64,000 nucleotides of DNA, from positions 57,164,001 to 57,228,000 of the forward strand of contig CM060731.1 in assembly GCA_030704615.1 (NCBI GenBank), written 5' to 3'. How positions within the stretch are numbered: position 1 is the first letter of the stretch; every line of letters begins with the position of its first letter. This document shows positions 10,800 to 22,200 of the stretch, piece by piece. The DNA is from Takakia lepidozioides. Its lineage: Eukaryota; Plantae; Bryophyta. The notes under the pieces were generated by a model. That model worked only from the letters and a program-made list of their open reading frames with translations. It was not told the origin of the DNA and did no database searches. The translations under genes and the position numbers were made by a program.

Positions 10800-11543
10800 G
10801 TGCCCATTGCACACCGCTCTCCTGAACACGAGCTTGTCATCATTTTGAATATTGGATGTCTTCGTTTTGCACCATTGGTGTCCATCGTGTAGGCTTGTCC
10901 ATTCCGTGCATGAGGCTCAAAACAGGTCTACCCCGCCCAGGTGGAGGTAGCTTGAAGACGACATCCCCATCAAAGACCCCGGAAGGTACTGCACACGCTC
11001 AACAGGGCCAATGTCCCAGTCAATCCCCCGCAATTCACTCTTGAAACCGGTTGACTTCAGTTTAGGAATGACACTAGACAGGTCCTTCAATTCCGGCACC
11101 ACGACCACCGAAGAAGGAACCACAAAAGGAATTTTCGGAACGTCCTCCTCCGAGGAATCGGAGAGCTCAACAATTTGTCTGGAAGTTATGGGCTCCGTCT
11201 TCACGACCACATTCCTCTTGTCTTGAACAACAGAAGCAGCAGTTCCCGGCGTCACATACGAACCAATCGACTGCTGGCGAGGAGCTCCAAGAAACCTGTA
11301 TCTTCCTAGAGGAACTGTCCACTGACTCATAAGTGTTTTTTCATCCGGTTTCTGGAAAACATACTTCATCAACTTCCCATCGACACTGGAAACCTCTCTT
11401 TCGAGCCACACAACACCATACTGGAACTCGAAACGCGTTGCTAGGAGATGATCCTCCGCAATTGCAAAACCATTGTCATCGGTATCCTTCGAGAAAGGTA
11501 TTGGTTTCTCCACAGAGTAAAACTCCGCTTCGGAGGAAGCCAT
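10795..11543 (-). pseudogene. N-terminal half of a putative Mutator-like transposase with a WRKY/GCM-fold DNA-binding domain
   Basis: ATG 11543 (MASSEAEFY). Across two frameshifts reads IDWDIGPVERVQYLP-VFDGDVVFKLPP...MHGMDK-HDGHQWCKTKTSNIQNDDKLVFRRAVCNGHLR. DGxxWxK followed by CxGxxxC (second Cys inferred at the junction) resembles WRKY/GCM1 fingers. Cut by the Ty3 insert. Confidence 0.55.
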
Positions 11544-12360
11544 GTTGCTGCAAGAGAAATTCCCTCGCAGAAGTGCGGAAGCCACAAAGAGCGGAAGCCA
11601 CAACTTCTGTGCGGATTCTTGTTACAAATGATACTGGGGATTACATTTCTCTTGCTTTGCATTTCAGACCGAAACCTAGAAGTCCATCACCTTTACTAAC
11701 GAGGTCGGCAAAGGACAACACGTCATGTATGTCCCAAACCATTCTGGAAAGGTCAGCCAAAACCTATTTTAAAAGCTGACATACCGTTGAAGAGCCTTTC
11801 AGAAACAGTTGTCAAAACAGTTCATAAAACAGTTAGTAAGTAGCTATGTGCCTTTACCGACCCATGTGAAATGACGGCGGAGACCGACATCCCATGCCAT
11901 CCCAATGTGTTCAGCCACGTGGAAGCCGACAATGCATTGAGTGAAGGGTTTAAGAGATATTGGCGGCGAACAAATGGAAGATGTTGAACCGGAAGAATCC
12001 AAAAAATCCAGTGAAATAAGTCATCCATCCGTATCAAATCTATGTGATGGCCATACCTCCATAATGAAAGACGGCGGCCACTGCAAAATGGACGAGTGTG
12101 CCGTTAGGAGAGGGACACGTATGCAGTGAATACATGCATAACCGCCGAGAGCGATGCCCCGACTACTACTCATCGCACGACGTCTCTTATCCGAGTAGAT
12201 CGTAGTTTTTCAATCAGGAGAGTAGCAGGAGACAGAGTTCCGCGCGAGAGAGTGGAAGGCGTAGAAGACAGTCATTCTTTTTTACTTCAGCGCGAGAGAG
12301 GAAGAAGGCAAGAGAGAGAATGAAAGGTCGCAAGCTAGCGCGGCCCTGGAAACCAAACAC

Positions 12361-13500
12361 ATGGCGGGGGAGGACCAGCCGCTAGCTCCTGATGAACTTG
12401 GGGACAAAACTGCATCAGAGGACGACATAGACGCTATGGACACAGACGAGCCAGACGCTGTTGCGAAGGAATCCACGCTGAAGGGGAAGAATGTCGTGGA
12501 GGAGGAGGCGACGCCGAAAGATAAGAAGGCTGCCCAAACTGGGAGGACGGCCGCCATTGTTGCTACATCGAAGGCATCTGGGAGTTCTTCAGCCAAAGGA
12601 CCTCAGGTGATTCTCTTACTTGCCATCTTCAGTCAAGTTTCCAGGGCGTGAAAATTGCGTGCGGTGGCAAACGCAATTTTCTTGCCCTCTTTTCTGCTAT
12701 TTTCTGCTTGATCATTCAGAGTTAGACCACAGGGATGCAGGCAATGCACAACACCCAAACCCGGGGGTGCCCCACTACTCTCTTTTCATCTACGGCATAG
12801 GAGGAGGGACTTTCACATTTCATAATGGTTGTACCATCCCAGTTACTAAGATTAGAGTTCCAGAAATGAGAGAAGGCCATAGAGAGAACCTCCAGTGAGT
12901 GTTCTCTTTATGACGTTCTCTCATTTCTCAAACGATCATTACCCTATTCTCCGAAGTTACAGCTATGATGTGTTAACAGCGACAGAAGCCCTGAAAACTC
13001 CGCAAAGTGGGTGAGAGAACCTCCAGAAACCGCGTACGTTGACGCACGCAGTTTCTGGAGGTTCTCTCACACTTACTTTTCTGCCTACAGCGAAATTTGA
13101 TTGACCGTCTGCAACATACTTTTATGGAAGAGAGTAGATTGATATTGGGTATGAAATAGGCAAGGAAATGAGTACTTTTCATAGGGTAGAAAATTGCGTG
13201 CGTTGAAGCACGCAATTTTTGGCAAGTCTTTTACATGCGAAATATATCACTGTGAGTGCAGACGAAGAAAATGAAAGGTGCTGCTCAGGTAGAGGACGAA
13301 GTGATTGAGCAGAACTGGTGGTTGTTGAGGAGGAGGAGGATGGCATGCCATACGAAGACCGAGCGAAAGATCTGCTTTCCTTCTCCAAAGTGAATTTGGC
13401 CCAAGTCATCAAGGCCATGGGTGTCCCTGCGGGAAAAAATAATGATACCCCTATGTCGTTTGATCTCCATGCCCTTCGTTCGACCAGCTCTCACGAATGA
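12361..13500 (+). pseudogene. Two-exon acidic-N-terminal ORF of unknown function, divergent from the putative transposase; truncated
   Basis: Exon 12361-12607 (MAGEDQPLAPDE...SAKGPQ/gtgatt), acceptor ctgctcag at about 13288, then frameshifted EEEEDGMPYEDRAKDLLSFSKVNLAQVIKAMG. Confidence 0.45.
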
Positions 13501-13649
13501 CAGGGCTGCCCCTCTCATCAAGCTCATTAAAATTCGTATTCACTTCCATCTTCAAGCTTTGGAGAAGCTCCACCACCCAAACCCAGAATTAGGATAGCAC
13601 TCTGATTTCCATCCACTGTCACCAGACACTAGCATCTTTCCAAGATAAC

Positions 13650-13700
13650 ATCCTATCACCACAAGAACAAATCCCATCTTCAAAGTGGTGGAAAGCAGGA
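13650..13700 (-). pseudogene. Isolated DYW-domain C-terminal fragment
   Basis: FHHFEDGICSCGD, near-identical to the end of the gene at 58231. Confidence 0.7.
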
Positions 13701-14443
13701 TCTGAGATTGTAGTGCACCCTGCATTAGAGTATCCATATTTATTTTCTGAAGCACTAAGTATATCATGAGGAGCCTCAGGTGGTCCAATGGTCTCTCTTT
13801 TATTTCTCCTTCCCAAATTTGGTCTGTCTACTTTATCTACGCACTTCATAGTTGCCAGTATCACAGTCCAGTGCTGGAATCACCGTGACATTGTCCATAC
13901 AGACTCTACATTGCAGACTGCATTCTTGCAATACATTCTCAGATCAGTTGCACTCCATCCGTTCAACAAGGGAAAAAGAAGCAGCCCTCCAAGGCTTTTC
14001 ACTGCAGAATATAATACACAACAGGCGCCAATGACAGAATTTGTGTAGCAATAAATTATGTACCTATAAGTAATGGTTGTTGCTATGATTGAGGCAGGAC
14101 AAGTAACTGCCACCTTTATCGCTTCATTAATCTCTGGATTCCCCACTGATAGACTAGAATAATTATCTCACATTTCTGTATCAGACTCTTGTGGCACCAG
14201 CTCTCTCTACAACTAAGCTAACCAAAAGCAAAGAAAACAATATTCTCAGCTAGAGGCTTTGTTATTGCAAATTCCCACTAGTGAATGGGATCCAGATGAA
14301 TTTTCCAGTCCCGCTAGAAGTGTTAACCATCAATCACCCTCTTTCATGCATTACCATTGTTGCCGTATCATGTTCAGCAACACTGTTGGCACAGTTGTTA
14401 GATTACCTAAGATAGTGACAAGTACTTTTTCCTTGTTGTAGAA

Positions 14444-14829
14444 TCAGCATGGGGACGCACCAAATTGCTTGCCTGTGGAATACCGCAGCGGAGTAGCATC
14501 ATGGACAGGGGATGGTGTCATAGAGAGGGGTCGAATTGTGTTCTGGACAGCCGAATTGTTCCGTATCAGGCAGCCCTGGGCAAGCTTGGCAATGAGCGAG
14601 CGGAGGATTGGGCTCACATCCTCAGTAAACTTTATCATGAGGAAGAAGATAAGTCTGTAGCCAATGACCATGCCAAAGACAACTGCCAAATCTTCCCACT
14701 TGCTTCGTTTGGTATCAATCTGATAGAGCATACATATGGAAGCCTATGTAAGACATACGGTAGCGCCAGACGGCCTTAGGCAAATATTTGGGGAGTCGGG
14801 AAAATCCCGCCACCAGCATATATATACCC
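14444..14829 (-). pseudogene. ABCG (ABCG11-like) transporter 3' fragment with internal deletion
   Basis: cag/GIYMLVAGFSRLPKYLPKAVWRYRMSYIGFHMYAL joined out of frame to YQIDTKRSKWEDLAVVFGMVIGYRLIFFLMIKFTEDV. Confidence 0.82.
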
Positions 14830-14906
14830 TGAGCCACAAACAGGGTAACATTATGCAATGACGAAGCTGCTAAGACACACTGTTGAAGGTGCTACCAAAC
14901 TACATA

Positions 14907-15530
14907 CTCTAAGTCTGGGGGTCGCAAAATGCGACGCCCGGACGTCGCAGTTTAAGGAGGTATATTTGAATTTTAGGTGGGAAAATTTGAATTTGAAATT
15001 TGAATTTCAAAAACTTGTTGACCATTGACTCTGGTTCTGTCCAATGGTGATATGTTCATTGTTCTACATATATTAGGCAATGCATACTTAAACCAATGAC
15101 CTCCACAAAATCACATTTCTAAAACACTACAGACTAACCAACACACCTATGATACATCTATGTATCACAAAAACAATCTAAATATATATATACATATCAA
15201 GATTTCTTTCAAGTTCCTTCTAAGGGGGTCCCTCTTGTGATGTCGGGGAGTTGCAACCTCCACAGCCTTAGTTTATTTATTTTATTTTATTTTATTTAAT
15301 TTATTTAAGATTTTTTTTTATTGTTGGTATTGCGATGCTGGGGCGTCACAAGAAAAAAAATCCGTCGCAGCGGGGGCCTTTTTTTCCCTTCATGTCACGT
15401 TGCGACGGCTGGGCGTCGCAATGACGTCGCAGCGGAGGATTACAACGTCGGGGCGTCGCAAAAAGGTGCTGCGGGTTGGCGTCGCAGGCGTAGCGCCGCA
15501 CGGGGCGTGGGGGCGCAGCTGGCGTCGCAA

Positions 15531-15563
<33 letters not shown>

Positions 15564-15571
15564 ATTTAGTG
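14907..15571. mobile_element. Probable non-autonomous DNA transposon with GCGAC/GTCGC subterminal repeats
   Basis: Imperfect termini ctctaagt...ggggg / poly-C...atttagtg and many gcgtcgc/gcgacg motifs at both ends. No TSD found. Confidence 0.5.
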
Positions 15572-15656
15572 CCTTGAGTCATAAAGACCTGGCCTGGATT
15601 TTTTAGTTAGAGAGGATGGCGTCTTACATGGAGGGATTTTCCCGCCAGCTGAGCAT

Positions 15657-15906
15657 GGAACCTTACGCGACGTAAGGTGCCTTCCTCTCGAGGAGAAGAA
15701 GGCACCTTACGTCGCGTAAGATTCCTGCTCTTGTTAGCCGTCAGATTGAGATGATCCCAGCCCTCCATGATAAAGAAATCCTGGTTGTTTCTTTACGCAG
15801 GGTGAGGCCTTCGGATGGGGGCTTCCTGAAACTCGGGCTAGGCACTCGGCTACTGCCTCGTGCCGGGCTGCTCATTTCAGGAAGGCCCCCATCCTCGGGC
15901 CTCACC
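15657..15906. repeat. Two long inverted repeats
   Basis: cttacgcgacgtaaggtgccttc / gaaggcaccttacgtcgcgtaag (15662-15720) and ggtgaggcc...ggatgggggcttcctgaaa / tttcaggaaggcccccatcc...ggcctcacc (15801-15906). Confidence 0.85.
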
Positions 15907-16649
15907 TACACTTTGTACCATAGGTAGACTACTCGGCCACATGATAAACATATTGTCCCTCCTAATAGAATAGATTCAAACCCTTTTTGCTCCCTACCCC
16001 TTAGAGACCCTTCTTCCTCCCATGGTTTTAGAGACTCGTGCTACTCTCTCATTCTACTCTGGTTTATTGGGCATTGCAGCTCCATATACATTGTCCGCCA
16101 CTGTTTCTCTATAGCTGTGTCCTAGAGTCAGTTGTCACCAAGTGTTCTCATTTTGGAATTATGTTCTTGCAATATCGCGTCTCGGGTTCTCCAAGAATGG
16201 TCTTCCATGTGTCTAGGCCCCAGGCAGCCTTTGGGCTTAATGGGGTTTTAATTTTTTCCCTTCACTAATATTCCATGAAGCTCTCATGGGTTTCTGATCC
16301 CTTTAACCCAAAAAGGAAAAAAAATAAAATGAAATAAGTAAGGCGGATATATAATGCATATCCTTATACCATCACAATCCCCAGGTGGAAAATTACGTGT
16401 AATTCCATAAATGATCAATGACATGGCATACTGGAGTGAATATATTTGTTCTTTGACGTACATTGCACAAGACTTGAAAGATCCAGTCCAGAGGATCTCC
16501 CTAAGCGTATCCTCTAACAATCATATATGTCTCATGGTAACAAAACATACACAACATGTTGATACTAAAGGCATGAAATATTCATCCAATTGACACTCTC
16601 TATTACTCCATTACAAATAACGGTATTTGCCAGTGGTATGATCATACAT

Positions 16650-18025
16650 ACTAGGGTAGCCTGTGCCGTTGGCCCAAGTGTCCAACTTGTCATCTAAGTC
16701 CAAGTGCAATCTCTATGTATCCAAGTGCATCTCCTTATATGTCGAGGTCCAAGTGCAACCTCTAGGGTAGCCTATGCCTTTGACCCAAGTGTCCAATGTT
16801 ATCTAAGTCCAAGTGCAATCCCCTATGTTGGCCCAAAGTGTCCAGTGTCCTCTAAGTCCAAGTGCAATCTTCTATGTTCGCTAAAGTGTCCAGTGTCATC
16901 TAGTCCAAGTGCAATCCCTATGTATCAAAGTGCGTCTCCTATGTCGAGGCCCAAGTGCAACCTCTAGGGTAGCCTTTGCCTTTGGCCCAAATGTCCAATG
17001 TCATCTAAGTAATTTTTTTTCCACAGAGCCTATGACCAGATTTGAACCGGAGAGCTTTCCTTTTGATATCTGTCCTGTCGAGGCTCCAACCATTGTCCCA
17101 AAGAATGCCCACTTTGCCATTTTTGCTATTTTTTGTGAATTTCCAGCGACCCGAGTACTTGGAATTCCACATCTCCCACAAGGCATATCCAAAAATCGTG
17201 AAACCAAGTGTCCAATGTCATCTAAGTCCAAGTGCATCAATATATGAAGCAAGCCATATATAATCATTTTTTTAAACTGAACCGGAGACCTTTCCTTTGA
17301 TATCTCTCCTCTCAAGGCTCCAACCATTGTCCCATGAATTCCCACTTTGCTATTTTTCGGGAATTTCCAACGACCCAAAGTACTTGAAATTCCACATCTC
17401 CCACACCGTAGGTCCAAAATCATGAGACCAAGCCCAACCTCGTCGAGGGCTTTCCAATGGTACCAAGCACCATGGCTGGGGCCTCACGGTTGGGGACATC
17501 TCAAATCTACAAAACAAAACAAAACAAAACAAAACTAACGTCTCGATTCATATATAAATAGGGTAGCCTCTGCCGTTGGCCCAAAATGTCGAGTGTCATC
17601 AAGTCCAAGTGTAATCCCCTATGTATCAAAGTGCATCTCCTATGTCGAGGCCCAAATGCAACCTCTAGGGTAGCCTTTGCTGTTGGCCCAAGTGTCCAAT
17701 GTCATCTAAGTAAGTTTTTTTTCCATAGAGCCTATGACCAGATTTGAACCGGAGACCTTTGCCTTGATATCTCTCCCGTCGAGGCTCCAACCATTGTCCA
17801 AGGAATGCCCGCTTTATTTGCTATTTTTTGTGAATTTCCAGCGACCAAAAGTACTTGGAATTCCACATCTCCCACACCGCAGGTCCAAAAATCATGAGAC
17901 CAAGCCTGTGCACCCTCCTCGTTGAGGGCTTTCCAACGGTACCAAGCACCATGGCTGGGCCCCACGGTTTGGGACATCTCAACGTGACAAAACAAAACAA
18001 AACAAACTTCTCGATTCATATATTG
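16650..18025. repeat. Composite tandem repeat: short gtccaagtgcaa/tagggtagcct units plus a duplicated unit with period about 700 bp
   Basis: 16965-17555 and 17665-18022 share gagcctatgaccagatttgaaccggag, gtacttggaattccacatctcccaca, gagggctttccaa.ggtaccaagcaccatggctggg and (aaaac)n tails. Confidence 0.85.
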
Positions 18026-18244
18026 ATGCTCTCCTCCACTCAATTGTTCAACACACGAAACCATAACCTTCAAGGACTGATGTAGGTATTGTCTCCATAT
18101 TTGGGTGTACCCCTCCGTAGCCTTCCATTTTCTTGGCATCCGCTATCACAGTAGACTTCTCAAAATCACCTCAGTACATTGCCAGTAACAGGTGGTGTAA
18201 CCAATTGGTTGGCACTCCAAAACATTTGGGAGAGCTCTTCTATA

Positions 18245-18912
18245 CCGTCCCTGGACAACCGTTTAGGCGATAATTAATTCAAAATGAAAATGCCTAATCA
18301 ATTCTCTGAATTTTTCAGATTTTGGCCTAATTGTTGGGAAATTATGGGACCAAAGTGCCTAATGCCCAAAAATTCCACCAAAAAACTTGCAAGCCTCTTC
18401 TCATGTTATTTGTAATAAGATCCAAATTTCTTTGAACAAAAATCAATACAAATATATGCGTGCGAAAATAACTAGCCTACCAGCCTACCACAACTCAAGA
18501 GTACCATTATGTAAGAGGTTTCACCATGCACCGGCATACCAATATGAAAACCAGTGTACCCAATGACCAATGTACCAAGGCCCTCTACCAACGTGCCTAC
18601 ACTAGTGTGGACTATCAATATTGAACTCACCTCAAACGTGAGAACAAAGGAGAGCCTGCCTTGGAATTTTTAGGGTTTTAAATGAAATGAAAGGTAGCTA
18701 GAGCCTGGAAGGGCCCATGGACATTGGGTGTCTATTTTGTAATTTTATTCTTAAGAAAACAAATGTTTTCTCTTCGCATGTGCCTAATTCTAAAAAATTA
18801 TAGCATGAAGAAATTTTTGATTTGAGAAATTGTTTTCAAAACATGCCTAATTTTCTTATTGATTGATTTTATTATTAGGCGCAAAAATGCCTAAAGGGTT
18901 GTCCAGGGACGG
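18245..18912. mobile_element. MITE, Tc1/mariner-type
   Basis: TIRs ccgtccctggacaacc.tttaggc / gcctaaa.ggttgtccagggacgg, flanked by TA on both sides (18243-44, 18913-14). AT-rich interior. Confidence 0.85.
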
Positions 18913-19234
18913 TATGTGAGATTGCAGAATTGCTTGCCCCTAGAACAGGTTTTCGAGTACTTTTTTCTTTAAGGAGCATAGGACTTAGAAGAGGTGAGCT
19001 GCATATCGGCACCTGTGACCCATCCTGCCAGCTGTGCCTTCTGTCTGACTCGATGGATTCAACAACATTCTGTCTCTAAGCTTTGAGTGGCCATGTCAAG
19101 ATAAGCATATAATAATATGCTGCTCATTTCTTTCCAAGAGCAAGCTCTATTTGGTAAAGACTTTCCCTTTCGGCAGCAAACTAGGTAAATTGGCTACGGC
19201 GTAGCTGGCGATTGGAGAGTCAGTTTTAGTTTAG

Positions 19235-22200
19235 TTACTGAGATACGAATTGGGCTAATAATGATGTAAAAGTTTTAGGATTTTCAACATGTGGAAGGTG
19301 ACCACACCCCTGTATGATCTCCAGTCTTGCCTTCGGCAGATCAGCCATAAATCTCTGGACAGGAATAAAAAAGATGAAAAATTAGCCTTGAACTACATTG
19401 GCTAGTTGATATTGCATCTTCTGGTGCATGCAGGCTCATCCACATGCAAAAGCTTGACATGGAAGCATGCAGGACTAGCATCTCACACTTCAGTAGTTTT
19501 TGGCTCACCTCAGCAAACATCTTGGGTAAAATCTGGTCTTGTTCTCCCCATATTACAAGTACTTCCTGCTGCACCTGCATAGATATTTCCAGAAAACCAA
19601 TGTCTTCACAGATTCGCATTTGAGGCTTTTTCTCTGATAATCTCTTCAAATCCATCCAGTCATCATCCACACTGAAGCTATAGCAGCTCTCATTAGAGGA
19701 GAGGAGGAAGACTTTTCCCGAAGCCAGCGTTACTTATGGTGTCTCCGAAGGGCTACCGCCTTCTGTTCAAGCTCTCATAACAGCTACAGTCATATATACA
19801 CTAAAGTACAAACGATGCTCTCTTCCTACAAATACATTGAGCATATGTATACTTCCTATCTATCTAATAAGAACACCCAGTTGTCCCGAAAATAAAATCA
19901 GCCAGCGAGAGTGGGGCATGACTCGCTGGCTGTGGCAACCACAAGATAGTGGGTTGCTGGTTGCTGGAGAGGGAGGGGACTAGTGAACAGCCAAGATGCC
20001 AAGATGTGGTGATCGCATGCAGGGCCCACCCGGCGACAACATTGGAGAGAGCTCTAGAATGTAAGTTAGGTGGAAATGTGGCACTCTCGTAGTGGTTGCA
20101 CCATCTATGAATCCCTGGAGTCTCTGCCTGCTGGACTCAAACATATATTGAGAGAGAGAGAGGGGGAGAGAGGATTTGTCGTGTTGAAGAGGGGTGCAGG
20201 TTCTGTGTGGAGGCTTTGTCCATATCCCACCATGTTCATTTTGTGTATTTTTGCAGGAAATTAGGTTTCTAGTGATACCTCTTTACTCTTAGTTGGATGC
20301 TCCATGGCCTTAAGGATTTTTTGAAGTACATGAGGTGAACAAAACCCTTAACATCTTACTTCCTATCTATCTATAAACTACATAAATATATGCAGCATTT
20401 GCATAAAACAACCTCAAAAGGCATGGGTGATTCATGCATTTCTTATGCAGACCTTTGGAATGCTGGCTGCGACATTATACCCTCCACTGAGCATGAAGTT
20501 GACAGAGGCCTCCACCCACCCGGGCATCAAACAGTGCAAACGTCCCACCTGTCAAATCAACCCCCATTCATGACTGCAACAACCATCTCTCTCTCTCTCT
20601 CTCTCTGCCAACATGCGGACAAGTGCCTCTGCGATTGCCTTAATGGCAGAGTACAATCTCTCTCTCTCACAGGGTGCAACATATGCCCAACACCAGATAT
20701 CCTAAGTTAATCGACTCTATATCTTGGAAACAGGACCGCCCTGTCAAACAGGCTAAGACCTGGCAGAAGAGAGTAGAAGAGATTCTCAAGGACCTGGACC
20801 TGGAGCCGCAAGTCTTGACCCTGCTGGATAAATCTGACTTAGAGGCTGTAGTGTCCAAAGCCATGTCTGTTGCCATGAGATTGTCTGATGAAAATGAAGT
20901 TAGGCAGAAAACTTCCCTGAACTTGTTTCCAGTCAGTGACATGGGGGAGGACATCTTGGATGACCTCAAGGGTCTACCCACTCTCGGCACTAGACTGAAA
21001 TTTAAACTCAGGGCAGGAAGCCTACCTTTGAACTGCAAACAGAAGCAGAGAGGAAAGGGAGAGTGCAATTGCCCGTTGTGTGGGCAATCTGAAGACAGTA
21101 TTCATTTTCTGATGCACTGTCCGGGGTTCTCTCACCAAAGAGACGCTCTCTTCAAATCTATCAAGGGAATTGTGCCTGTACCCCTGTTTACCAACTTTGA
21201 AAGTCTCGAGGCAGAGCCAAAAGCCCAGGCCCTCCTGAGGCCTAGTTTTTGGGCAAATCACACACAGCAGATTGATGCTTGTGTGAAGGGATTTCTAGAG
21301 GATATCTGGAAAACCCGGATTAATTCTATATATGAAGGTAAGTCTTACTACCAACGTCAGCCCCTGACAGAGGTAGGTTCTGTCCCTTTTGTTCCCGCTC
21401 AAACTGGGCGCGGGGTCAATGGCCACAAGGCTACGGCAAACAACGTCTTATGAGTACAATCTCTCACAGGGTGGGGAGTCTACCTTTGAACAATAAACAG
21501 ATGCAGAGAGGAATGATTGTCAATGCCCAATGTGAGGGTGGCATGTAGACAATGTCTATTTCTGATACAATGTCCAGGGTATTCTCATCAGAGAGTGACC
21601 CTCTTCAGGACCTTCTGTTCACCAACTTTCAAAATCTCGGGGCTGCCTAAAACCTTGGCCCTGCTTGGGGCCCAACCAATTACTTATACCAAGGCAAGTC
21701 CCACTACTGGAGTGAGCCCCTCACAAAGGTAGTGTCCGTTCCCTCTTGTTCCACCCAAACTGTGCACAGGGTCTATGGCGACAGGGGTATGGCAAACAAC
21801 GTCTCATTCGCCCTTTTGTTCTGCCCAAACTGGGCATGGGGCCTATGGCCACAAGGCTACAACAATGTCTTAGGAGTACATTCTCTCTATCTCTCTCTCT
21901 GAGCAAAATATGGTAGAAAACACAGAGACTGGAATCTATTAACTTTCAAAAGACATGGGAGGGCATTTTCCAGCATCGCAGCAAAAGCCTCCACCTTGTC
22001 AAAGTTCCTGAGGAGCCGGTCTGGCAATATTGTTCCAGCCAACTTTTTAGAGCAAAAAAAAGACAGGGCAGTAAGGAATGTATGTGTCAGAGGAAGAGAA
22101 GTGCTAGTAGCATCACAAATGCGTAGTCTGGCTGTAGACCTCGAACCCAGCTTGGACAGAGCCAACAGAAAGAAAGATAGAAAGATATGACTTGCCCGCA

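Noticed and set aside
13650-13700. CSCGDR ending suggesting a U-to-C DYW:KP (DRH-type) domain
   Set aside because: Too short and decayed. FHHFEDG matches the canonical DYW at 58231 and no KP-type N-terminal box is present.
15533-15563. Poly-C tracts giving poly-Pro/Gly ORFs (also 6011-6037)
   Set aside because: Homopolymers within repeats; the ORFs are artefacts and tract lengths are unreliable.
16650-18025. CRISPR-like repeat array
   Set aside because: Eukaryotic context, degenerate repeats with repeated rather than unique spacers, no cas genes.
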